64,000 bases of DNA, from positions 24,908-88,907 of the forward strand of contig JBFMCO010000022.1 in assembly GCA_040754495.1 (NCBI GenBank), given 5' to 3'. Positions 1 through 12,000 of this stretch are shown here, one piece after another. The position numbers were made by a program, and so were the translations under genes. Below the pieces are notes generated by a model. The model saw only the letters and a list, made by a program, of their open reading frames with translations, ran no database searches and was not told the DNA's origin. The first letter of the stretch is position 1. Each line of letters opens with the position of its first letter. This DNA is from Candidatus Micrarchaeota archaeon. GTDB taxonomy: Archaea > Micrarchaeota > Micrarchaeia > Anstonellales > Bilamarchaeaceae.

Positions 1-1
1 A

Positions 2-3000
2 TCTGTTGCAAAGGCCGCCATCGAGCGCTACGAAATCGTGGAGCGTAATATCTACAACGCCCTTCCGACAGCGGTGATAGACGAATGGGACCACCACGGC
101 ACGATTGCGCTGCGGGGGGAACCTACACCCGAAAACGAGGAAGGGCCGGTGCTGGGCCGCGTAAGCATGGAAAAGATACGCAGGTACGAGAGCGAGCACC
201 CCGATGATACGGCTCTCGGGGGAGGTCTGAGTCTCAAGACACTCCTTACGAAAATGAAAAAAGCGGCCGAAGAAGGGGACGACGAGGCATTCAGGAAATA
301 CGAGAAGGCGTTCTTCTCAAGGCTATACCTGGTCGCTGGACGCATCTTGAGGCGGGAGCAGCTCGAGGAGAACAGGCAGGAGGTAAAAAAGTACATAGAG
401 GTCCTCGAAGGCTTCACGGCGGCCATTACAATCGACCAGCTTGTGCCTTACGGATGGCTGGAAGGGGACGATGAAAGGCTGAAGAAGGTCACGGCTCTTG
501 AAAAACAGCTTAAAAATAACGAGATAAGCAAGGCGGAGTTCGAGAGCAAGCTGAACGTGATTCTTTCCGAGCGCCTGCAGATGATAGAGCAGAACAAGTT
601 CACGGACAAGGTCCCGGGGCCCATGAGGGAAACGGTCCGGCAGCTGGCGCCGAGGGCGAAGGCGTTGCTAGAGAGAGCCCGGGGCCTTTATGGCAAGCTC
701 GAAAAGATGGACAACAACAGCAGTGAATTCCCGCTCGAGGAATACAAGCAGGTCGTAAAGGACTTGAGCGCGCTGACGGAGGAGTACCAGACACAGAGGA
801 AGATTTCGGTCGCCTATTCACATATCGACCAGCAGCTCCAGATGAATAAGAGCTACCATGAGGCCATCGCCGGAGAGGGCGCGTTAGCCTCGGATTACCC
901 AGACGCTTATGGGAGGGCGGTCAAGTTCCTCGGCTTCTCGAACGGACATTTCAAAAAAGCCCAGGAGCTTCTCCTTAAAGGAGAGTTCAAACAGGCAGGC
1001 GCGGAGTTCGAGCGCGGTATAAACCGCCGCGAGTGGGCGCTGATGGAGGCCGACCCGAACGTGCTCTTCGGCCAGGCGAATACCTACCTTGGAAACCTCC
1101 CGATAAGCATGCTGACAGGAGTGCCCATCATCCCGGAATCCACGACAGCGATGGACGAGGTCAGCATGATCAAGCACAGGCCGGGCTGGGGCGTGCTGAA
1201 ATTAGCCGCAAGGGGGAGGGGGGAGGACCCGTACAAGTATACGTACGGGTGGGCCAAGCAGCAGATGGAGAACGACCAGGACGTCAACCTTGGCAATCCG
1301 GCGAGGCCGGACTATGTGAAAGACCCCCAGCAGAGCTGGGCTTACTATAATTACAGCCCCATCACCGAGTACGGCGCCGACTTCATGGGCTACGAGGAGC
1401 TTGGAGGGCGGCTATGGAACTCGGTCCTTGAGGGAGATGGCAGGAAAGTCCAAAGATACCAGAAGCAGATGCTGGTGATGGAAGCCTCGGTTTTCTATAT
1501 CCCGGTAGATACCTTCATAGACGGGATAAACTCCAAGATTACATACAAGGACTGGCAAAAGAGGATACACTTCCAAGCCATGTATAACGGCGACCTCGCG
1601 TATGATGAGCTGTTTGGCGACTGGGGGCTCATGGACGCGAGGACCGGGGCCAAAATCGCAGAAGGCGTCGGGATGTTTGCGCTCTCCATCGCCACGATGG
1701 GCCTCGGGAGCGTTGGTTTCGTCGTGGGCGGGGGGAAGATGCTATGGGATGCCATAGACGGGATACAGAAGGACCTCGCCAAGTACGGCGAGGTAACCAC
1801 CATGTCCTGGGTCAACCTCGGCCTCACGGTCGTGGGACTCGGAGCGAGCGCAGCAGCAGGCAGGCTGGTGAAGGCGTCCCAGACGGCGATTGAAGCCGCA
1901 AAGCTTGGCGATGCTGCTAAATTCACCACGCAGGTGGCGCGCGCCGGGAGGTTCGCGACCGCGGCGAGGGTCGTCGCCTACACCGATATAACCGTCAACG
2001 TAATCGGCATGGTGCCGCAGTTCTATTACGGAATCAAGCTCATGGCGGAAGGGAAATACGCCGAAGGCACGCAACAGCTCGCTTTCGGCGCATTCTCGGC
2101 CTTCATGGCGTACCATGGCGGTGTGCAGCAGCTACGCGGCATGAGGGGCCTGAAGACGGAAATCGCGAAGATGGGGGCGCTGAGAGAGGCGCATGCCAAG
2201 GCCCCAGAGGTCTTTGCAAGCCTCTCTACTCCGGAGGGGATGTTCTCGTTCCTGCAGCGCGTCCGGGCGAGGGACCCGGTCTCGCTCGTCATCTATGACA
2301 ACCTGCCGAAGCCCCAGCGCATACTTTTCGACGGGATGCTCGCTGACCGGAACGTCGTTTCCGCGCTCAAGAAAAACGATATCGGCTTGGCTAGGGGCGC
2401 CTTCGACAGCGGGCTCGAAACATTTAAGCAGCTATCCGACCTTGGCGGAACAAGGGCGCTCACGGACGCGGCGCATCTTGGCACGCAGGCCGGCCTCGAG
2501 CCGTTCATGAGAGACCTCCTGATACCTGAAAGCGCGACCGGCCCGCAGCGCACGCGGAGGGACGCGGCGTATGCGAGGCTGGGGGAGATGAAGAAGCGGC
2601 CCGAGACCGCAGAGGCCGCGGCCACCATAGAGACGCTGCTCAAGGACAAGGACGTGCAGAAAGGGAACGAAACAGGGGTTCTGAAGATAGGGTGGGCTGC
2701 CGACGAGATACGGAGCCAGCAGATGCAGACGATTAACAGATATACCGATTCAGTCGTGAGCGGCGAGCAGGCCCGCCTCGGATTATATTCGAGCGAAGGC
2801 GAAGCCGCGCGCGCGAACGCGAAAAGGATAGGGGATTCCTACCTTGCATATGCCAGGGCGAGGAGCGAGGGGAAGCCGTTCGACTGGGATTATCACGCAA
2901 AACGGATGGGCATGGGGCCGGAGGATGCCAAAAAGCTGTTTGCGAAGCTGGATGCCGTGCCGGACGCGAGGACGGTAGCGGGAGTGATATCCAGGGAGGG

Positions 3001-6000
3001 CGTCCGCCAGGCAGTCCGGAATAGGGTGGCCCTTGACGGGCGCGCGATACTCGGGGACACGCCGCTTACCGAGCTCGCCGGCGAAGGGGCGCTGTTCTCA
3101 AGGTGGGGCGAACTCACCCCTGAAGACCTTTTCGGCATGGCGCTAAACAGGAGGGAGAGGGCTGCAGAGGAACTCGAAGGGGCGGGCAGGGAAACGGATG
3201 GGAGGCTGGCCGCGGCAAAGAGGGAACGGGCGACCGCCCTCTCGCGCGAGGCCGATGCCCTAGATGCAGAGGTAAAAAGGCGGCAGGCGCCCGAGGAGGT
3301 ATTGACGCCCGATTCACTCCGCAGCGGCGCAAAGGAGAAGTTCGGGCGGGCCCAGCGCCTGCGCAGCGAGGGAAGGGACGAGGAGGCATTCGCGCTTGAG
3401 AGCGAAGCGAGGCGGAGCATAGCGCTCGCGGCAGACCTGGAGAAGTTCGGCGAATACGGCATCGTCCGTGCGACCCCGGACGGGCAGTTCATACACAGGG
3501 ATTTCCCTGACAGGAGATTCACAAGGGCGGAGCTGGATGACGCTGCCATACTCGTGAGGGCCATCAGGAAGAGGGGCGTCCCGACCGACAAGCGCCTTCT
3601 GGCCATATACGACGCGCTGCCGAAAGAGGTCAAGAAGGATTACCGGGGCGGCGAGGACGCCCTGATGAAGTCCGTGCTCGATGTAATCTATTCACGGAGG
3701 GGGCAGGCGGCCGAGGCGGCGGCTCCGGTGCTCCGCTCCGAGGAGCTGCCGGTCCCCTCAGACCCGGCCCTTGCCGCAGTGGCCGGCATGACGGTGCCCG
3801 GGACGAACCTCAGGTGGGGAGTGATACCTCCGGACCAGGTGCTTCAGTGGCAGGCGAAGGTCTATGAGGCTTACAAGGCCGCGTACGGGAAAATCGGCCT
3901 CATCTACGACAGCCCGGAGGCGATGTTCGCGAAGAACCCAGAAGTCCTGGTCGCGACGGACGGCGAGGGGAGGATTGTCGCATTCACGATTCTGAAAAAG
4001 ACCGCTTTCGGGACGAAGCTGTCCCTTGTCGGGGCGGTGCCTGACATCCCCGAGGGAAGGGCTGCCGCAAGGGCAATGATACAGGGCTTTCCAGCTCTCG
4101 AGGGTGCCTATATCACGGCACCGGGTGCTCCTGCGCATCTTGCAATCAAGGCCGGAGTGCCGGTCGTCCCTTACGATTCGGCAAGAATCATCCAGGGCGA
4201 GGTTCCGGCCGAGGCCGGAAGCCCGGGCGCGTACCAGAACGGGGAGGGGAAGTGGGTCCGCCAGGAGGCGCAGCGCGGGGACGGTCCTGAAGGCATGGCT
4301 GCCATTAGCAGGATGCCAGGGTTCGCGGACTCGGAGCTCGTGAAGCACGCCATAGCGCAGGACGGGGTGAAGCCCGGCGCGAAGCCCGAGGAGCTCACCT
4401 GGAACGACTTGGTTGAGCAGGCGGTGAAGATGGGCGAGCTTCCGGACAGGCCGGAAGTCAGGCAGAACGCGTTCGCGGTGCCTATGGTGATAAACGGGAA
4501 GCCCGAAATCGTGGTCAAGGTCATGTTCGGCAAGCCGCCGGCAGACGCGCTCGAGGTGCGCTCGGTCCTGCAATCAAGGGGAATTGGCGGGCAGGTAGCC
4601 GCGGATGCAATAAACCTTTACAAGATTTTCAATGGCGAGCAGGTGCCGCTCGAAGTCGCATCAAGATACATGGACGTCACGCTGCATGACCAGTACACGC
4701 GCATAAAGCAGGAGAAGATTGCCTCTGGGATGCCAGAGACGAAAGCCGATGCCGAGGCCCTCGTGGAGGTAGCCAAAAGCATGGCGCCCCGCGCCGGAGA
4801 GGGCGGGTTGGAAGCGGGCGGCCCGATATCTCAGGAGGGGGTGGAGCTCCTCAGGATGGCCGAGGGGAAGCTCGACCTCGTGGAGGGGCTGACCGGGGCG
4901 GATGTCGCGAAGGCGACACTGGACTGGAGCCAGCCCAGGCTGGAGATGCTCAGGATTCTTACTGTTGAGGGAAGCCCGTACCGGGAGCGGTTCCTCGCAG
5001 CGGACCCGGCCGAGCGCGCGGTCATCGCGGACGCGATTGCAAGGGGCGCGACACCGGAGCGCGCGTTCCTCAAGGCGGCCGAGGGCATGGTGCCTGCGGA
5101 TGGCCGAAAACTGCTTGAGGTGGGAGAGCGGCTGAAGGGGCTTCCCGAAGCAGAGAGGAATCTCAGGTTAAGAGACCTTGAATCGCTGAATCCGGCCCTC
5201 GGAAGGATGCTTAAGAGGCTGGCGGACCCTGCGACTCCGGAAACTGTGAAACAGGAGATTGCGGCCGAATGGGATTCGGCTGTTGCGGGCGCAGAGAGGC
5301 ATAAGCGGGTCAATGAGGCGAGAGCGGCGCGGGACGCTGCGCAGCTTGCTGAGCAGGAGCTCGCCCTGCTGAAAGGGACGCCGGACGAGCAGGCCGCAGG
5401 ACGCGTGCCGGCATGGATAGAGTCGGCCGCGAAGGCAAGGGGAAAGGACCCCGCGGCGCTCCATGAGGCGCTCGTGAAGGCATACGGAGAAGGCGGAACC
5501 GAAGGCAGGCTCAGGGTGCTTAACGAGCTGGGCGCGCTCGGCGGGATGCCTGAGGGGGTGCGCTCCACCTTCGTGCAGAACAGCCCGGAGTTCTTCGAGC
5601 TCATAGTGCGGGGCGGCCTTGAAGGCCGCGTGGCGGCGATGCCTGGATTCGAGGGCGGGATCATAGTCAATGCGGAGAAGCTCGAGGGGCTTCGCGGGGC
5701 GTACAAAATCGACGTGGAGATGCCGGACGGGTCAAAGCGCTCGCTGTTCGTGAAGGCCGAAGACCTGGTGCCGGCGCAGCTTGGAAGCGAGCTTGCCGGG
5801 GGGCATGGGCTTCTTCCGCCCGTGATACACGCGGCCGACGGACAGGGCATGCCCTTCACCTATGATACGGGGATAAGATACACGGACCCCGTCTCAGGGC
5901 AGGAGACGGCGCACATGCAGGAGTTCGGCATAATGGAGGACGTCCATGATTATGCGACAGCCAGGCACAGCGACGTCATCATGCTTCCGGACGGCAGGAG

Positions 6001-9000
6001 CGCGCAGGTTACCGTGGAGAGCGTGGCGGTCGTCTCCAGGGAGGTGTTCGCGGACCCGGCGAGGATGCAGGCGATACTAGCGGACGAGCATCATCCCGCG
6101 CACAAGGTTGTCAAGGCGTTCTGGGAGCTTGCAAAAACAGAGGAGGGAAGGCAAAGGATTTTCCAGGCATGGCGGGCCTATCACGAGCTCTCGAGGAGGG
6201 CCATGCTCCTCGACCGGTTCGACAGGAACACGGTGGCAGTGCTCGTCACCACCCCGGAGGGAGAAAGCGTCCTCACGTTCCAGCCCATCGACATGGACTA
6301 TGTGGCGGGAAAGATAGGCTCGGACGGCGACCTTCGGTTCTTCAATGACGACTTCGCGTCAGCGAGCGTGGATTTTGCTACGAAGATTGCGGGGGCTGCG
6401 GGGGTTCCCGCAGAGACCGTCCTGGGAGAGATGGCGAAGGCGTACGGCTCTGACAGTGTGTTCCCGCGCGAAGCCGCGGACGAGAGGGCGGCCGCAGCGG
6501 CCTCGGTGCGCGCCACGCTGAACAAATACGACGGCAAGCCTTTCGGGGCCGGCTACGACGTCGAGGACTACGGCAAGACGATTGGAAAGGATTACGTCGA
6601 ATACGGCGGCAGGGACAGGATAGTCGGCCGGAGGGACGGCCGCGCGATTCTGCACGCCGGCGACATCACCCCGCTCGGCGAGCGGATAGGCGGGGCCGAG
6701 GCTGAGGCCGATTTCAGCAGGTTCAATCGGGAGAAGTTCGAGAGGATGGCAAAGCCGCTCGAAGAAGCGGCTCCGCCTCCGGCAGTGGAAGCGCAGCCGC
6801 CCGCCGGAGAGAAGACTCCGCCCGGAAAGCGCGGTGCCGGCAACGTAACGCCGCCGGCAAGGCCGGGTGCGATGCGGGGCGCGCCTGCAGGCGGGCCGAG
6901 AACCGTGCCGGGCAAACGGGGGGCCGGAGGCGGGGAGCCGGTTGCAGCGCCGGGCGGAAGGAGGAAGGTGGCAATCGGAGGCGGGGAGGTGGAGCTCGAG
7001 CCTGCGCCGGAAAGGGCTCCGGAGCTCGCCGCGATGAAGATAAGCGAGGACGAGCTTTCGCAGCTCGGCGTCTCATACCAGGGCCTTTATCAGGACGGCG
7101 CAGGGAGGAGGCTGAACGTATTCGAAACGGAGGCCGGGGGGGAGAGGAGGCTTGTCGCCATCCCGGCAGACCTCAGCGGGAAGGCGATGCTCGATGCAAT
7201 CGGGGCCGAGGTGCGCGCCCTGGGAAGGCCGACGGAACTGCCGCCGGAGCTGCGCGGCATGCCGCCGGACGTTTCGTCCCAGGTCGGGATGGACGGGGCG
7301 CCAAAGGCAAGGCTGCTCTCGTCCGAGCCCCTGGGGCGCGGCTCGAGCGCGGACGTGTATCTTGCGGAAATGGTGATTGACGGAAGGCCGACCCGCGTCG
7401 CGGTGAAGATATACAAGAACCCGGAGGGAAACGGGACGTGGCAGGAGCGGGCAGAATATTTCGCGGACGAGGTGAGGAAAGCGAAGATCCTGGGCGATGC
7501 AGGCCTCGGCCCGAAGGTGTTCGGGATTGCCGATGCGGGCGGGAACATGGCTTTCGCGATGGAGGTCATCGAAGGCAAGCCGATGTACATAGACGAGATG
7601 GCGCCCGGGCTCCGCGCGAAATACATCAATGAGGACACGTTCGCGCAGGTCCGGAAAATGTATGACGAGCTGATAGCCCACGGATACGAAATCGGCGATT
7701 TCGATTTCATGATATTGACCGAAGGGCCGAATGCCGGCAGGGTTGTGTTCCTGGACGCCGGGGCGCTGCGGGAGGTGCCGCGCGGCGCCCAGGGCGAGCC
7801 ACGGCCAAGGTACGGCGACGGCGCGAAGAGGGCGGAGGGCGGGAGGCTTCAGGCTGAGGCCATGACCGCCATGGAATATTTCACGAAGATGGACCGCGAC
7901 GAGCTTGCCGCGGTAGCCGAGGTCTCGAAGGGCCTGCTCGGACAGGGCCATGTGGATTCGGACACCATGCGCCTGCTTGCGGTAAGATGGGGGAGCCGCG
8001 AGGGAAGGGCCAGGGCGATAGGAGAGTATATCACCAGTATCGCAGGGGCCGATGAGCAGAAGGCAAAGGCCACGTTCGACGCGCTGAAACGCATCGAGGC
8101 GGAAACCGGCATACGGCTGCTGCCGGATGGCGCGAGGTTCGAGGACCTTGCAGCCAGGGCGGGGGAGGGCGAGATATCGGAGGCGGAAATCATCGCGCCG
8201 ATGTCAGGGGACGATTACCATGCCGCGCTCGCAGGGATGCGCACGCAGGCAGCACGCGAAAGCGTAGCGCTCCACTTCAGCGGAAGGGGCGAAATCCCGG
8301 ACGCGGCCACCTTCGAAAATGCTGCCATACTGGCCGATGAGGCGGCAGGCGCGAAGGTGCCGGAGCAGGGCCAGGCCGAGCTGTCCGTATATTATGATGG
8401 GAACGGCAGGATAATCGGCATAGCGGATAACGAGCGGCTCTTCTACGGCGACCCCAAGGCGATAAATGACAAGACGCCGGAGGCGAAGGTCAGGGTGGAC
8501 CTGGAGAGCGGCAGGATAGTCTCCATGGACGAGCGCGGCATGAAGAACCCGCTCCTTGCGGACCTGGTAGGGCTGAGGATACTTCCGGGCAAGGGAGCGG
8601 AGGGCGCAGGGCCCGGCGGAAGGGGCCCGCCACCGTTGCCCCCGATGAAAGTGCTTGACGAAGGCAGCATAGTTTCGGCTTATGCAAGCGGGACAGGGCA
8701 GGCGCAGAGGACGAGGGCCGCCCGGTCGTTCGTGATGCTCGATGGCGAGGGGCAGGGGAGGGTGATATCGGAGCTGCGCTCCCAGGGCCGCCATGAAGAG
8801 GCCAGGCATCTTACCGAGCTGCAGGCGATAGGTGGGGAAGCCGGCGCAGGCATCGAAAGGGTTTACGGAATCCCGAGGGACGAGATTATCACGATATACG
8901 CGCGGGAGCCGACAGCCCAGGGCGCGAGGAAGGCGCTCGCGGAGAGGCTCGGCATCGTCATCCTGCCTTTCGAATGGGAGCATTATCCTGCGGACAGGAG

Positions 9001-12000
9001 GCAGTGGGTGTCCGTCCCGTACCGGGATTTCAGGTCTTTCGAGGACGACCACTTCCTCTTCGGGCTCATTACCTCAGGGAACATGATTGACACGGTCTCG
9101 CAGATGTATCCGGGAGGGAGGATAGCCTCCATAGAATACCATAACGGGGCGATAGGCGCTTACGAGGTCGCCATCAGGACGCAAAACGGGGAGACGCGCA
9201 CCGTTTTCGTGAAGAGGCAGGATTTGCGCCCGGATGCGGCCGGCTCGGACTACTCGGTCCGCTCAGGCGTCCCGGCTCCTGAGGTCATCACCAGCGCCGG
9301 AGGCAGGGAGCTTACTTACGTCGGCCCGGACGGGGAGGTCTCGCGCTACGGCATTATAACCAACATGAGGGATTTCGGGGGGATGATGAGGTTCGGGGGA
9401 GTCGAGGCGCAGGTCAGGGCTACGGACGAGACCGCGCTGTGGGACCTCGACAGGAGCCCCCTTGCCGGCTCGCTCATGTCTCAGGACCCGCAGGTGAGGG
9501 CGAAATTCTGGGAGGAGCTCGGCTACATGCTGGCAGGCTCTTACGCGACCGGGATATGGGACAGGCATGCGGGAAACGCGCGCGCGATGGTCCTCGAGGT
9601 GCAGAACGCGGACGCGCACACGAACCCCGCGGACCAATCATCACCGACAGTGGGCGAGGCGCTGTCGCAGAAGGGCTACTGGGTGTGGCAGCAGGACGGA
9701 AAGACGTACATGTTCATGATAGGCGGCATAGACACCGACACCGCGGCCAACTACCTTGCCGGCGAGGCGCACGGCAGCTTCGACATGACCGGCATGAACA
9801 TAAGGTACGGCTATGTCGACCTCCACAGCCTCTTTAACAGGCTAGCGACGATAAGAGGCACGAGCGTGGATGCGCTCGTCATGGAAGCCTTCGGCGATGT
9901 CAGCGGCGGTCAGGTGCCCGGCCCGGTCGCGATGGGCATGAAGAGGTGGTGGCGCGACTTCGGGAGCGACCCGCACTATGCCGATGAGATGGCCGGCCGG
10001 TTCTCCAGCCACGAAGGCGAGAGCATAGGCTTCGGATACCCCAGGACCGAGCAGGAGCTGGACGTGATAAGGCAGGGGGGCGTGCTCCATCAGGAGAATC
10101 CGCAGAACGGCGACCCTTACACCATCATCGCCTTCGCTGACGGCAGGTCTCGGATGAGGCCGGAATACGAGATAGTGCACCGTGAGGACATCGAAGCCCT
10201 CGACCCGCGCATAGCCGCGATGTTCCCTCCAGGGAGGGACATGTACGCCGTGGAGATAACCGGCGAGGTGCGGAAGGCCGTTCCGGACATAGACAAGAGG
10301 ACGAACCGCATCCGGACCTCGGACGGCAGGATGGTCGCGATAATAGACTCGGCCGACCCGCTCGCGAAAACGCTGCTCGACGGGGGAATTCCTATGGTGA
10401 AGGCGAGGCGCGACATGCCCCGGCAGGGAGAAGTTGCCGTGGATGATGCGACCGGCATAATACGGGCCGCTCCAGGGTTCGGAAAGCTGACCGGAATCCA
10501 GGCCTACCAGGCCGGCCCGGTTCCGGTTTTCCGGGCGATGATGGGGGCAGGGGAGGGGTTCATGCTCGGGCAGTTCGCGCACATCGGCCATTATATATTG
10601 GCCAAGGAAACGAGCGTGAGGGAAGCCGCGCAGGTTCCTGCCGGAGTGGTGGCCGGGGAGATAGAAGCGCCGGGAATAGAGCGCATGCCCGCCCCGGCGC
10701 AGGTGGAAGGGGTAAGGGGCGGGATGAGGGACCTGGTAGGGGCAGTCAGGTCCGGAGACGAGGGCAGGATAAGGGCCGCGGAAGCCGAGTACGATAAGAG
10801 GCTCGGAGTGCTGGCCAGGCTAAGGCCAGATACGGAACTGAGGGTCGTGGAAAACGAGACGCTGTTCGCGGACCTGGCTCCAGGGGGGCAGGCACAAGCG
10901 AAGGTGCTCGCGGCAGACTATCTCAGGAACAGGTCCGCAGGAAAGAAGCTTGACGGCGACCTGCTCGTCATCGACTACCTCGTATCGCATGGAATGAACG
11001 CGGTGGATGCGGCTGCGGCAGTCGTGAATCTGGGGGGCGCCGGGAAGGCGCCTGCCCCTGTGACGCTTCCGCCGTACGTTGCCGAGCACTTCGGGACCAG
11101 GCAGCCTGACCCGGTCACGGCTGAAAACGCGCTGATTCTTGCCGGGGACAGGAATACGCTCGGAAGATTGGGCATACCGGACGGCCTTGGCAGGGTCCTG
11201 AAAAGCGAGGGCATGGCTGTCGTGTCCGAAGGAAAGAGGATGACCGAGGTGAGAGGCTATTACGATCTGGAGAGCGGCAGGATAATATACCTCGGCAGGA
11301 CGGACGCGCCAAGGGAGGTCACGGCGGGAGGAGTGGAGTTCGTCCTCCGTTTCGACCATGAGAGCGGGAGGGTATCCATTCCGGAAAGCGAGGACGTGCC
11401 GCTTCCGGATTCGATTGCCAGGCTGAACGGAATGCGCATTGCGCCCCCGCCCCAGGCAGTGCCGTTTGGCGTTTTCGGCATTTTCATGCCACTGTTCAAG
11501 TATTTCAGGAAGCCCCCGGCAGCCGCCCCGCAACCTGAGGCCGTGCCCATCAAGGTCCCGAGGTCCAGGAACGACATCCAGGGAAGGGCCGAGGGCATAA
11601 GGGGGCTGCCCCCGGACCAGCAGGCGCAGGAGCTTGCGGGGCTGCACGATGCCGTGGCCGCCGAGCATGGCGACGTTTATGCGAGGAATTACCGCGACAT
11701 GATGGAGGAGCTGGTGAAGCATCCGGAGCATTCGGGCAGGATTCTCGACGAGTGGGAGGCGGTGAGGGCCGAGGAGAAGCATTACGAGGCGCTCGAGAGG
11801 GCGAGGAGGTATGCCTTCTCGGCCGCAGAGGGGTTCGGGATTGTCAGGGGGCAGGACAGGAAGCTCATATCAGGCGGAGAGTACGCGGCGGACATGGCAC
11901 GCTCGAGGGGCGAGAAGCCCAAGGCATTCCGGAAACGGCTCCTCGAAGCGTATGATGCCGGGTTCAGGAGAGGAGGCGTGCTCGATGCGAGGCTCGGCGT

